DNA of 64,000 bases from Candidatus Zixiibacteriota bacterium (GCA_022571985.1 JACZWU010000004.1:64319-128318); one strand, 5' to 3'; shown: positions 49,253-59,097, counted from the stretch's first letter. Numbers and translations are program-made. Notes: generated by a model not told the origin, from the letters alone.

Positions 49253-51552
49253 TGCTAAAAAAATACCCTGGTCTTTTTTTTCTGATTCCGGTAGTGGCCG
49301 GAATTCTGTTCACAGACTTTGTCCGTCCTGCGGGCTGGCTCTTGCTGCTGCTTTGTCTGATTTCGTTTGTTGGCGGACTGGTTCTGTTTAAAAAAGAATC
49401 AGCACGCTTTTCGATTATCTTATTTGCTCTTTGCCTCTTTTTTTTCAGCGGTTTTCATTACGGTCTTAAGACCTACAATTTTGGTTCAAATCATATTGCC
49501 AGATTTATTTCGGAGAAGCAGACCTATCAAATATATGGAGAAGTAGCTGACTGGCCGGAGCTTAAGCATAACAGGACCGAAATTACAATTGCCATTGACT
49601 CGCTTGGAAACGGTACAATTTTTCCGGTAAAAGGCGGCATCCTCCTGAAACTATCAAACACAACTACCGCATTACAGCGGGGGGATAAAGTAGAGTTCTG
49701 GGGAACTATATATCCTGTGAAATCTCAGCATGGTCCGGGTGGATTTGACTACAGCAGATACTTGAGGCACAAAGGCATCCATGGCATTGTCTATTTGCCG
49801 ACTCTCTTAAACGTTCGAGTGGGTAAGCCGGGAGCAAGAGGTATTATTGCTTATGTTGATTTACTGCGTGAGGAAATTTCAGAAAGCCTGTCACGAAATC
49901 TTTCGAAAGTTGCCGCCTCGCTCTCGGCCGGTTTTTTGATTGGTGAGACCAGAGAAATTCCGCCTGACGTCTACAGCTGGTTCAGAGATTCGGGAACACT
50001 GCATCTTCTGGCTGTTTCAGGTTCGAATGTGGCTCTGGTGATTTTCTTTTTGATAATAGTTCTTCGTCCTTTAGCTCTGCCCAGAAAGAGACGGGCTGCG
50101 GTCTTAATGGTTTGTGTTGTGCTCTTTGCACTGCTGTCTTATGGGGAACCGTCGGTGGTGCGGGCTTCATTGATGGCTATTTTAATTTTACTGGCAAATG
50201 TTTTTGAGCGCCGCTACAACTTAAATCAGATAATTGCTTCTGCCGCCATGATAATACTTCTGGCGGCGCCGACTCAATTGTTCAGCGTTGGCTTTCAACT
50301 TTCATTTGTGACTGCCTGGGGATTGATATTTGTAACACCCAGAGCGGCCAAATTTTTTGAAGCAGTTAATCATAAAGGCTGGTATCGCTGGCTGCTGCTG
50401 CCGTTTATGATTTCGCTGATTGCTCAGCTATTCTCAATGCCTCTGATCGCACTCTATTTCGGAAAAGTGCCGGCAATTTCTGTGATAGCAAATCTCGTAA
50501 TTATTCCGCTCGTTTCTATCGCAGTCGTAGGTGTGCTGCTACTTCTCCTGCTGGATTTAATACTGCCGATCATGGGTCTGTTTTTCGGTTCGCTTCTCGA
50601 TTCTTTTATGCAATTAGTGCTTTACTTTCTAAGTCTGTTTGGAGAAAAGCAAAGCATTATTATCAATACCGGTGATATTTCGGTGCTGGCCGTAGTTTTA
50701 TTCTATGGTCTGTTGGTACTGGCTGTTTTCTCCTTTAACAGCAAATTGCTTCGGCGGGCCACAGTTTTTGCAACTGCAATAGTCCTGAGTATAGCCCTTC
50801 TTAGCAACTTACTTTCTGCTTCGGTCCGCTCTAATGACTTTTGTACAGTCGATATTTTTAACATACCCGGTGGCACCGCTATTTTGATTTATCAGAATCA
50901 GAGCCAGACGCCAGACCTGATAATCAGCGGCCTGACCAGGAAACCGTACCCAATAGATGAACGAATTTTCAGCTCGGCCTTTGATGATTTAGGGGTGGAG
51001 GGACTCGGCCAGGTTTTTGTGATGTCATCGGAGTATGGTGCTATCGATGATATCTATAGACTCTGTCTCAGCTACCGGGCCAAATCTGTCATGGTAGATG
51101 CCAGGTTAGAAAAGAGCTTTTCGGATATAAGACGGACGCTTTTTGTAAATTACCGCACAGTCAAAATTGAGACATTTCCGGCAGAAAATTCTAAGAAATC
51201 CTTCCCGGGCTATTATCCCTCGAAAAATCTGATTGAGCTTGAACTGAATAATTCATCGATATTGATAGCAAATGAGAATTTTCTGTCAGGTGATAACGAA
51301 GTCTTCTTAGCAAAGCCGTCTCTGGTCATTTATTGCGGCAGAAGTAAGATAGCCCGCTCAGAAATTGAAGAGATTATCGAAAGTCAAAGCAACTTAAAGC
51401 AACTGGTCTGTTCAAGAATTGAGCAAAAGGGCGCTGTTTCTTTACCTGCTGAAAAATACAAGAAAATAGTTACGGATATTGGGCAAATCGGAGGCTGTCG
51501 GATCAAGCTTAAGAACCGAACCGACAGTACTTTCCAAGTCTCTCAGTTTTGA
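49252..51552 (+). CDS. comEC: ComEC/Rec2 family DNA uptake channel
   Basis: N-terminal TMs, OB-like domain with PGGFDYSRYL, core GTLHLLAVSGSNV, PSVVRASLMA, VGFQLSF. Confidence 0.9.
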   Translation: MLKKYPGLFFLIPVVAGILFTDFVRPAGWLLLLLCLISFVGGLVLFKKESARFSIILFALCLFFFSGFHYGLKTYNFGSNHIARFISEKQTYQIYGEVADWPELKHNRTEITIAIDSLGNGTIFPVKGGILLKLSNTTTALQRGDKVEFWGTIYPVKSQHGPGGFDYSRYLRHKGIHGIVYLPTLLNVRVGKPGARGIIAYVDLLREEISESLSRNLSKVAASLSAGFLIGETREIPPDVYSWFRDSGTLHLLAVSGSNVALVIFFLIIVLRPLALPRKRRAAVLMVCVVLFALLSYGEPSVVRASLMAILILLANVFERRYNLNQIIASAAMIILLAAPTQLFSVGFQLSFVTAWGLIFVTPRAAKFFEAVNHKGWYRWLLLPFMISLIAQLFSMPLIALYFGKVPAISVIANLVIIPLVSIAVVGVLLLLLLDLILPIMGLFFGSLLDSFMQLVLYFLSLFGEKQSIIINTGDISVLAVVLFYGLLVLAVFSFNSKLLRRATVFATAIVLSIALLSNLLSASVRSNDFCTVDIFNIPGGTAILIYQNQSQTPDLIISGLTRKPYPIDERIFSSAFDDLGVEGLGQVFVMSSEYGAIDDIYRLCLSYRAKSVMVDARLEKSFSDIRRTLFVNYRTVKIETFPAENSKKSFPGYYPSKNLIELELNNSSILIANENFLSGDNEVFLAKPSLVIYCGRSKIARSEIEEIIESQSNLKQLVCSRIEQKGAVSLPAEKYKKIVTDIGQIGGCRIKLKNRTDSTFQVSQF

Positions 51553-51655
51553 TGATTCTACCTTAAGTTATCCCCTGAAATACCCGATAAATAAAGGGAA
51601 TTGAGCCCTATTAAGGCAACAATCAATTAAATAGGGTCTGTCAGAGGGAAAAAAT

Positions 51656-52861
51656 ATGAGTTTGTCAGGGAATTTAAAAACAGTCTCATTCTCGGACATC
51701 CTGCAGTTATTGTCAACGGGCAAGAAGACAGGAGTTCTGGAAGTAAATACCAGCGCCAGGCAAAAGGAAGTAGCCTTTAAGGGTGGCAACATAATTTATG
51801 CCTCATCACTGAATACTACCGAAGATTTGCTGGGAAATATGCTGCTGCGTAAAGGGAAACTTTCCAAAGATCAGCTGGAGCGCGCTATAACGCTGCACAA
51901 GCAGACCGGCAGACAGCTGGGTACCACACTTGTGGATATGAATCTTTTTGAAAAAGATGAAATCGCTGAGTGTCTGAAATTTCAAATTGAAGAAATAGTC
52001 TATAATTTGTTTTCCTGGCAGGAAGGAAACTTCGTTTTTCACGAAGGCACCAGTCCCAAAAACGCACCTTTCTTAGTAGACCTTACCACCATGAGTATCG
52101 TCATGGAAGGTACCCGCCGTATTGATGAATGGCTGGAAATTCAGAAAGTGCTGCCGCCGGACGAAATGATGCTGTCTGTAGCTGCTTCACCAAAAACAAA
52201 TAGTGATGAAGTCAGACTGACTATGGAAGAATTTCGGGTGCTGTCCATGATAAACGGCGAAAGAACTTTGCCGGAAATGATACAATGTTCACCTTTTGGG
52301 GAGTTTGTAACCTGTCGTGCAGTTTACAAGTTGATATTAGGGAATTTGATAGAAGTCACCGGTAAACGTGAAGAAAGTTCTGAAGAAAAACAGGATGAAG
52401 AAGAAGCGGTTCTGTCTCTAATCTTTTATCTGTTCAGTAACGCTTTTTACAGGATTCGTACGACAGTGGAAGATTTGCTGGGAGAAAACAACACCAGGTT
52501 TTCAAGCTTTGCTTCTCAGTATCGCTCAGGAATTTTGAGTTATTTCCCGGGAGTAGATCCCGGCTCGGAATTGATGCCCTCGCAGGAAAAATTTCTTAGC
52601 GCCGTCAGATCGATTCCTGCACATATCCGGGTGCATGTATTGCTTGGCAGTTTAACCAGCATGCTTACCGAGCAGCTGGAATATGTATTCATGATTTTGG
52701 GCGAAGGTCCTTTCCGGAGCACGCTCAACGGAGTAAAAAGAGAAATATCCGAGCCGCTGGCAAAGAAGCGAGAGTTAGTCAAAAAATATGGAATAGAAAA
52801 CGATTACTATAAGTCCTTAAAAAGGGCCGAAAGAGTAGTTCATATGGTACGAGGTGATTAA
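51656..52861 (+). CDS. DUF4388 (PATAN-like) domain protein with MshEN-like motif
   Basis: SLSGNLKTVSFSDILQLLSTGKKTGVL...IIYASS...LLGNMLL; MEGTRRIDEW. Confidence 0.85.
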   Translation: MSLSGNLKTVSFSDILQLLSTGKKTGVLEVNTSARQKEVAFKGGNIIYASSLNTTEDLLGNMLLRKGKLSKDQLERAITLHKQTGRQLGTTLVDMNLFEKDEIAECLKFQIEEIVYNLFSWQEGNFVFHEGTSPKNAPFLVDLTTMSIVMEGTRRIDEWLEIQKVLPPDEMMLSVAASPKTNSDEVRLTMEEFRVLSMINGERTLPEMIQCSPFGEFVTCRAVYKLILGNLIEVTGKREESSEEKQDEEEAVLSLIFYLFSNAFYRIRTTVEDLLGENNTRFSSFASQYRSGILSYFPGVDPGSELMPSQEKFLSAVRSIPAHIRVHVLLGSLTSMLTEQLEYVFMILGEGPFRSTLNGVKREISEPLAKKRELVKKYGIENDYYKSLKRAERVVHMVRGD

Positions 52862-53225
52862 GATGAAAAAGAGTTTATTTATTGCAATTTTAATTAGTGC
52901 AGCGATGGGCAGTGATGTCCAGGCCGCCAATCTGGCTGTTATAGCCAGTCCGCCGACGATGTTTAATCTGTTCGTATTGATAGTTGCCGGAGCCTGTTTG
53001 TTTGGTTCTTTTCAGGTAATGGGTCAGGTCAAAGGCGGCTATCTGAGCAGGAGCTGGCAGATGTTTTTCCTTGGTTTCGTGCTTCTGGCCATAAGCCAGC
53101 TGGCAAGTATCGCTTCGGCAATGGAGTTTTTCAGTCTGCCGGAGCTGTTTACTCCACTAATGCTGCTATTGATGTCGGGACTTTTTGCGTTTGGAGTTTT
53201 TAGCGCTAGAAAAACGCTAAGCTGA
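52854..53225 (+). CDS. Small hypothetical membrane protein (signal peptide plus about 3 TM)
   Basis: Hydrophobic segments; overlaps the stop of the upstream gene; the start may be ATG 52863. Confidence 0.7.
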   Translation: MIKMKKSLFIAILISAAMGSDVQAANLAVIASPPTMFNLFVLIVAGACLFGSFQVMGQVKGGYLSRSWQMFFLGFVLLAISQLASIASAMEFFSLPELFTPLMLLLMSGLFAFGVFSARKTLS

Positions 53226-53339
53226 GAATATTTTTGTTAGCTGGTTTAAATTATTTTTGGAAAAAAAGTAGGCGCAAGGCAGAATTTTTAATTGCGCAAG
53301 AACTTATGGCAAAACAAGTTACAATGAGCGTTTGTTTTT

Positions 53340-54224
53340 ATGGCGACTGTATCAGAATTAGATGATAGAATAGAGAAGTGTCAGAGAATTTTGGACTCTG
53401 ACCCTAACTCACAGATTTTTGCTGCCTTGGCTGAAGCATATCGCAAAAAGGGAGACCTGGATCTGGCTTTTAAAGTGTGCAAAAACGGATTGAAAGTGCA
53501 TGACAACTACGGCTCTGCTCATGTGGTTATGTCTAAAATAAATCTCGACCGTGGTCAATATGACTGGGCGGAGATTGAAGCCAAACGTGCAGCCGATCTT
53601 GACGGTCGTACCCGTTCAGTTGAACTGTTGCTGTCAGAAATCTACATCTATAAAGGCGAATTTCCGCAGGCCATAAAGCTCTTGAAGGAACTCAGCAACC
53701 GTGACCCTGAAAATCCTCAGATTCAAAAACTGTTGGAGATTGCGCAGAAAATTCCGGAAGAACAAAATGCCTATTTGGACGAGACAATTATTACCGGAGG
53801 TTCATCTGGCAGCAGTCCAGTTTTACCATCTGAAGTTGATGAAACAGAAACTGAAACGAATAAGCCGTTAGAACTGCATGACATTCTTACCGAAGCCCTG
53901 ACAATAAAAGGACTAAAGGGCGCTATGCTTGTCAGCCAGGACGGTCTGGTAGCTGATTATGAATGGAAAAGTTCCCTGGAAGTAAATGACTGCGGGGCTG
54001 TTTTATCGGAAATATGGAAAATGCTTAGCAGCGAACTTGTAAATAACTCTTTTGGCAACGTGCAAAACGTACTTATTGAAGCAGCAGAATCAACTTTTTA
54101 TATAAATCAGAACTCAAAAGGCATTTTCATTTTTGTGGCAGGTAAAAAAGCTAATTTGGGCAACGTTCGCATGAGAATTGACGGACTGATGTCTAATTAT
54201 GCCAAAACAGCAGGTGCTATATGA
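53340..54224 (+). CDS. TPR plus roadblock/LC7 domain protein
   Basis: TPR-like N-terminus (FAALAEAYRKKGDLDLAFKVCKNGL); C-terminal KGAMLVSQDGLV...ANLGNVRMRI. Confidence 0.8.
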   Translation: MATVSELDDRIEKCQRILDSDPNSQIFAALAEAYRKKGDLDLAFKVCKNGLKVHDNYGSAHVVMSKINLDRGQYDWAEIEAKRAADLDGRTRSVELLLSEIYIYKGEFPQAIKLLKELSNRDPENPQIQKLLEIAQKIPEEQNAYLDETIITGGSSGSSPVLPSEVDETETETNKPLELHDILTEALTIKGLKGAMLVSQDGLVADYEWKSSLEVNDCGAVLSEIWKMLSSELVNNSFGNVQNVLIEAAESTFYINQNSKGIFIFVAGKKANLGNVRMRIDGLMSNYAKTAGAI

Positions 54225-55204
54225 ACTTTTCAGGTGAAGCTACAAAACGGCTATTGTTGTATTCGTTAATTCTATTAGTCGTGCCGTTAATATTGTTTCC
54301 GGAAAGACTCGGAACATATCTTCAGGACTATTCTTCGACTAATATCGTCCTGGAACTTCTTTTCTATCTGCTGCTGACTTTCGTGTTATACAGACAGGGA
54401 AACGCCATGCAAATGGTAGCAATCGTCTTTATCGGACTGGGCTACAGATTGCTTATAAGTTCGGTATTTTCAGTGCTGATTTCTGCCTTTTATGATATCA
54501 GCAGCAGCGTAGCCTTTTCTCTGGGGATGTACGGATACTTACCGAGTTTGCTTTTCCAGGTTTTTGCCACCCAGTTTATAATCAAAAGCACTATGGATGA
54601 AATATTTTTCAGTCGATCCCGTATTCGTCGCCCACAGCAGTCAGATACTACCGCCTTTGATTCAGTTGAGACCGGCACCTCGACCTTTGTAGTTACTAAA
54701 GAAAAAAACGCTACCAGACCCGATTCTCCTCCACCCAGGCCGGCTCAGAACCAACCAGGTTTTGAAGACCGATCTGCAGGAGAGTCAACTGTTGTTGGCG
54801 GAGAAGCTCAGGGCTTCGATAAGGCCACCAGATATATTGGTGAACATGGTTCTGTCAAGCTGGCTGCAGTAGTTGACCATGAAGGTCTGCTGTTATCAAA
54901 CTTTACCCGCGGCGGTATAATTGCAGAAGATGTAGCTCCCTTTGCTTTGCTTATAAAAGCAAACGGAGCCGGGAGCATGAACTTTCTCAACTACGGATGT
55001 CCGGAAAGAGTAGAATTTCAGCTAAGTAATGACAGGGTGGTCCTTTGCTATGAAGAGACATATTGTCTTATGGTGATAGCAGAAAGACACAGTGATGATT
55101 TATTAAATATTCGCATAAATCAAGCGATGGAAATGGTCAAGAAATATATGTCCGAGAGGTATGGCAAAATGCTGCACCCGGCAATGGAGAAATCATATGC
55201 ATGA
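54221..55204 (+). CDS. Multi-TM membrane protein with C-terminal roadblock/LC7-like domain
   Basis: About 4 N-terminal hydrophobic helices, P/Q/S-rich linker, then KLAAVVDHEGLLLS...LMVIAE...LLNIRINQA. Confidence 0.7.
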   Translation: MNFSGEATKRLLLYSLILLVVPLILFPERLGTYLQDYSSTNIVLELLFYLLLTFVLYRQGNAMQMVAIVFIGLGYRLLISSVFSVLISAFYDISSSVAFSLGMYGYLPSLLFQVFATQFIIKSTMDEIFFSRSRIRRPQQSDTTAFDSVETGTSTFVVTKEKNATRPDSPPPRPAQNQPGFEDRSAGESTVVGGEAQGFDKATRYIGEHGSVKLAAVVDHEGLLLSNFTRGGIIAEDVAPFALLIKANGAGSMNFLNYGCPERVEFQLSNDRVVLCYEETYCLMVIAERHSDDLLNIRINQAMEMVKKYMSERYGKMLHPAMEKSYA

Positions 55205-55538
55205 AATACTAAGTGAACTGAACAAAACAACCGGCATTACCGGCTCAATGGTGGTCGGCAATGATGGTATTGTTATTGCGGCCAATCTGCAGGAAAATGT
55301 GGAAGACGACACTATCGGAGCCCTGGCGGCATCGATAACCGCCAACATCCATAAATCGCTGGAGCGACTCCAGAGCAGCCCTTTGACACATGTTACCATA
55401 GAAGCTGATGACGCCAAGCTGTTTTTCAGCGACGCCGGACTTGGCATTCTGGTCGTAACTGCAGAGAAAGAAGTGAATATTGGTCTAATTCGACTCGAAA
55501 TCAAGCACGCCATATCACGATTGAAAACGTCAAGTTAG
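55197..55538 (+). CDS. Stand-alone roadblock/LC7 protein (MglB/MglC-like)
   Basis: GITGSMVVGNDGIVIA...LVVTAEKEVNIGLIRLEI; start placed at ATG 55197. Confidence 0.88.
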   Translation: MHEILSELNKTTGITGSMVVGNDGIVIAANLQENVEDDTIGALAASITANIHKSLERLQSSPLTHVTIEADDAKLFFSDAGLGILVVTAEKEVNIGLIRLEIKHAISRLKTSS

Positions 55539-55564
55539 AAACTAAGAATAGTAGGAAGAAGTAA

Positions 55565-56683
55565 ATGGTATCAATAAACTACTCAGCGCGAGAGGTCTGC
55601 TGCAAAATAGTCTATTATGGTCCGGGCTTATCGGGCAAGACTACCAACTTGCAATATGTCCACACCAAAGTGCCCAGCACGACACGCGGAGAACTTATAT
55701 CTCTGGCGACTGAAGCAGACCGGACTCTCTATTTTGATTTCCTGCCAATTAATATTGGTACAATCAATGGATTTCAGGCCAAGTTTCAGCTCTATACTGT
55801 CCCCGGGCAGGTCTACTACAATGCTACCCGTAAATTAGTTTTGCGGGGTGTAGACGGCGTTGTATTTGTAGCAGACAGTCAGCCTGACAAAATGGACGAA
55901 AATATTGAAGCTCTGGCAAACTTGATAGATAACCTCAAAGAATATGGGTACGACGTTAATGAGCTGCCACTGGTGATTCAATATAACAAACGTGACCTTC
56001 CCAATATAATGACAACCGAAGAGATGGATCAAAAGCTTAATACTTATAATTTCCCTACTTTTGAGGCTTCGGCTACTGTGGGAACAGGGGTTTTTGATAC
56101 GCTCAAACTGATTATCAAGCTTGTCCTGGAAAAAGCTAAGAATTCTCAGGGATCAAGCAAATCTTCGAAGCCAGCCGAAGAGGCACCTGCGTCACCTGCG
56201 TCACCAGAGCCAGCCGTACCTCAGGCACCTGCGGCACCAGAGCCGGCTGCACAAGTTGCAGTTCCACCTGCCGCGGAGCCAGGCCCGGACGAGCCTTTGG
56301 CCGATCCTGCGGTTCAACCCTTAGGTAACGATCCCTATGCAGCGCCGCCTGCAGCTTCTCAGGTTCAGGGACAGCCAACAGCCGCAGTTTCAACAGCTGA
56401 TATACCGGTAACATCGGCGACTGACGACAGAATTCCCGCGTATCGTCCTTATCCTGGGGCAAAGCAGGCAGATCCTTCAGCAGGAGGCGATGCTGAAATG
56501 GATGAGAGGCCGTATCCCGGTATGAATCAAAGTGAGAAAACTCTCACAAATAATGACTCAGCCACAGACGAATCGGCCGCCATGGAAAATTCTGGTTCTA
56601 TTACTCCCAGGATGGCGCCTTCACTTAAGCGAAGAGAGCAAAAGAAGCGCAGCTTTTTCAAGAAATTGTTTGGAATAAAATAA
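55565..56683 (+). CDS. mglA: MglA-family small GTPase with long C-terminal extension
   Basis: INYSAREVCCKIVYYGPGLSGKTTN, DRTLYFDFLP, TVPGQ, NKRD, EASA; then about 180 aa P/A-rich tail. Confidence 0.92.
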   Translation: MVSINYSAREVCCKIVYYGPGLSGKTTNLQYVHTKVPSTTRGELISLATEADRTLYFDFLPINIGTINGFQAKFQLYTVPGQVYYNATRKLVLRGVDGVVFVADSQPDKMDENIEALANLIDNLKEYGYDVNELPLVIQYNKRDLPNIMTTEEMDQKLNTYNFPTFEASATVGTGVFDTLKLIIKLVLEKAKNSQGSSKSSKPAEEAPASPASPEPAVPQAPAAPEPAAQVAVPPAAEPGPDEPLADPAVQPLGNDPYAAPPAASQVQGQPTAAVSTADIPVTSATDDRIPAYRPYPGAKQADPSAGGDAEMDERPYPGMNQSEKTLTNNDSATDESAAMENSGSITPRMAPSLKRREQKKRSFFKKLFGIK

Positions 56684-56699
56684 TATATAGGAGGCAGGA

Positions 56700-57191
56700 A
56701 TGTCTGATAGTAACCTGATAATTTACGAAGAAGAAATAAATCAAATTGAAGCTCTGATATCCAAGATGCTTAAAGGAGCAGAGGCAAAGTGCGCCCTGCT
56801 GGTCGATAAAGACGGTCACCTTATTACCCGTCTGGGGTTTACGCACTCTCTTGATACTACCGCACTGGCAGCGCTTCTGGCCGGTTCGTTTGCCTCGACA
56901 AAAGAGATAGCCAGACTGGTCGGTGAACCGGAGTTTTCGGTTCTGTTTCATCAAGGCAAGAAAGACCATATCCACATGTCTATAGTCGGAGATCGTTCTA
57001 TTTTAGTAGTTATTTTTGACGACCGTACAACAATTGGAATGGTCCGCCTTTATGCCAAAGAAACCGCCACTGGCTTGAGTAAGATTTTTGTGGAGATAAC
57101 AGAGAAGTCCGCCTCCGGTCGTAAGAGCGCCGTTGAAGGTGATTTTGTGGAGCGTGCTCAGGAAAAGCTGGACGACATTTTTCAGGACTAA
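56700..57191 (+). CDS. mglB: MglB-type roadblock GTPase-activating protein
   Basis: LIIYEEEINQI...LVDKDGHLI...DTTALAAL...EPEFSVLFHQG...IFDDRTTIGMVRL...DDIF, closely matching Myxococcus MglB as I recall it. Confidence 0.88.
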   Translation: MSDSNLIIYEEEINQIEALISKMLKGAEAKCALLVDKDGHLITRLGFTHSLDTTALAALLAGSFASTKEIARLVGEPEFSVLFHQGKKDHIHMSIVGDRSILVVIFDDRTTIGMVRLYAKETATGLSKIFVEITEKSASGRKSAVEGDFVERAQEKLDDIFQD

Positions 57192-57266
57192 GCACTAACG
57201 CCTAGACAAATAGCACGTAAACTTTTCAACCTGTAATTGGATAGGAGTTAACCACAGGCAATAGGT

Positions 57267-58967
57267 ATGGCTACAGAACTCAGCAACATACTCGTTAAGC
57301 ACGGCAAGATTTCTCAGGAGCAGGCCGACAAAGCGCTAAAGCTGGTCAAAAGCGATAGCGAGAAATTTGAAGTGGCCCTGGTAAAAATTGGCGCTGTTGA
57401 GTCAGAATATGACATAGCGCAGTTTATAGGAAAGCACCTGAAAATTGGTGCCCTTAAGCTTAGTGACATTGAGCTAAATCCTGATATTGTCAAGATGATT
57501 CCGCTTGATATCGCCCGCAAGTTCAAAGTCATAGCAATCTCAAAAATTGGCAAGAACCTTCTGGTCGCAATAGGTGACCCCAATAATGTTTACGTACTGG
57601 ATGCAATAAAATTTATAACAGGCTGCACTGTTCAGCCTGTCATTTCACCTGAAAACGCGATCGAAAAAGCTATCGAATTACAGTATGGAGATACGGGAGC
57701 GCTTTCTGACATTGTGGCCAGCCTTGACGCCGATGATAGTTTGGAAGTAGTCTCGAGTGAGTCGGCTCCTGATGAATCTGACCTGCTTTCTGCAATTCAG
57801 GACAAGCCGCTGGTAAAGCTGGTTGATTCAATAATTGCCGATGCTATTCGAATAGGAGCCTCTGATATTCACCTTGAAACTTATGAAAAGCGAATTCGTG
57901 TGCGCTACCGCGTAGACGGTGATTTACGAGAACTACCGCCATTGCCTTTTAAGTACAGGGCAGCGATTATTTCACGTATTAAAATTATGGCTGAGCTTGA
58001 TATATCCGAACGTCGTCTGCCTCAGGACGGACGTGTAAAAGTCAAAATTTCCGGCAGAACAGTAGACCTGCGGGTGTCGGTGCTGCCTACGATTTTCGGC
58101 GAGAAGGTAGTTATGCGAATCCTGGATCCGATGGCTCTAATGGTAGATATGACCAAGCTCGGATTTAGAACCGAAGATCTCGACAATTTCAGAAGAGCAA
58201 TTCACCTGCCCTATGGCATAATTTTGGTTACCGGACCGACTGGTTCCGGTAAAACTACGACTCTGTATTCGGCCTTAAAATCAATCAATACAGTAGACGT
58301 TAATATCATGACAGCCGAAGACCCGGTTGAGTTTAACTTTGATGGCATCAATCAGGTCGCTGTTAAAGCCGACATAGGTCTGACATTTGCAAATACCCTC
58401 AGGTCGTTTTTGCGACAGGATCCGGATATCATAATGCTCGGAGAAATTCGTGACGGCGAGACAGCAGAAATAGCCATTCGGGCAGCTCTTACCGGTCACC
58501 TTGTTTTTTCCACCTTGCATACTAATGATGCGCCGTCATCTATCAACCGTTTAATGGACATGGATGTGCCTTTTTATCTGGTAGCTTCGGCCACCAAATT
58601 AATACTGGCACAAAGGATGGTCCGAAAAGTCTGCCAAAATTGTAAGATGGAGATTAATCTGACCAAAGATCAAGTAGAAAGTCTCGGCGTACCGTCAGTC
58701 TGCCTGACCAATTTAAGAGCTTTCAAAGGAAAAGGCTGCGATGAGTGCAGTGATACCGGGCAGTCGGGCAGAACAGCTATATTTGAAATCATGCCCATAT
58801 CCCCGGCCATTGAAAAGCTGATTCTTGATAGAGGCACCGATGCTGATATTCAAAAGACTGCCCTGGATGAAGGCATGTACAGCCTGCGCATGTCTGCTAT
58901 TGAGAAGATGAAGCTGGGAATGGTCAGCATCGATGAGGTCTTTGCCACTACGGCGGCTGTAACATAA
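57267..58967 (+). CDS. pilB: Type IV pilus assembly ATPase
   Basis: ASDIHLE, RRLPQDGR, GPTGSGKTTTLY, LRQDPDIIMLGEIRD, STLHTND, CxxC...CxxC. Confidence 0.92.
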   Translation: MATELSNILVKHGKISQEQADKALKLVKSDSEKFEVALVKIGAVESEYDIAQFIGKHLKIGALKLSDIELNPDIVKMIPLDIARKFKVIAISKIGKNLLVAIGDPNNVYVLDAIKFITGCTVQPVISPENAIEKAIELQYGDTGALSDIVASLDADDSLEVVSSESAPDESDLLSAIQDKPLVKLVDSIIADAIRIGASDIHLETYEKRIRVRYRVDGDLRELPPLPFKYRAAIISRIKIMAELDISERRLPQDGRVKVKISGRTVDLRVSVLPTIFGEKVVMRILDPMALMVDMTKLGFRTEDLDNFRRAIHLPYGIILVTGPTGSGKTTTLYSALKSINTVDVNIMTAEDPVEFNFDGINQVAVKADIGLTFANTLRSFLRQDPDIIMLGEIRDGETAEIAIRAALTGHLVFSTLHTNDAPSSINRLMDMDVPFYLVASATKLILAQRMVRKVCQNCKMEINLTKDQVESLGVPSVCLTNLRAFKGKGCDECSDTGQSGRTAIFEIMPISPAIEKLILDRGTDADIQKTALDEGMYSLRMSAIEKMKLGMVSIDEVFATTAAVT

Positions 58968-59097
58968 AAAATACCGCAAGTGTAGGGCATTGTCTCTCAG
59001 CAGCTTATAGCTCTGATTCTACAAATAAAACTTAAGAAACCTCCGCTTTTTACCGATAAATTATAGGTATCCGAAGAGTCTGATAAACCGCTTAAAT

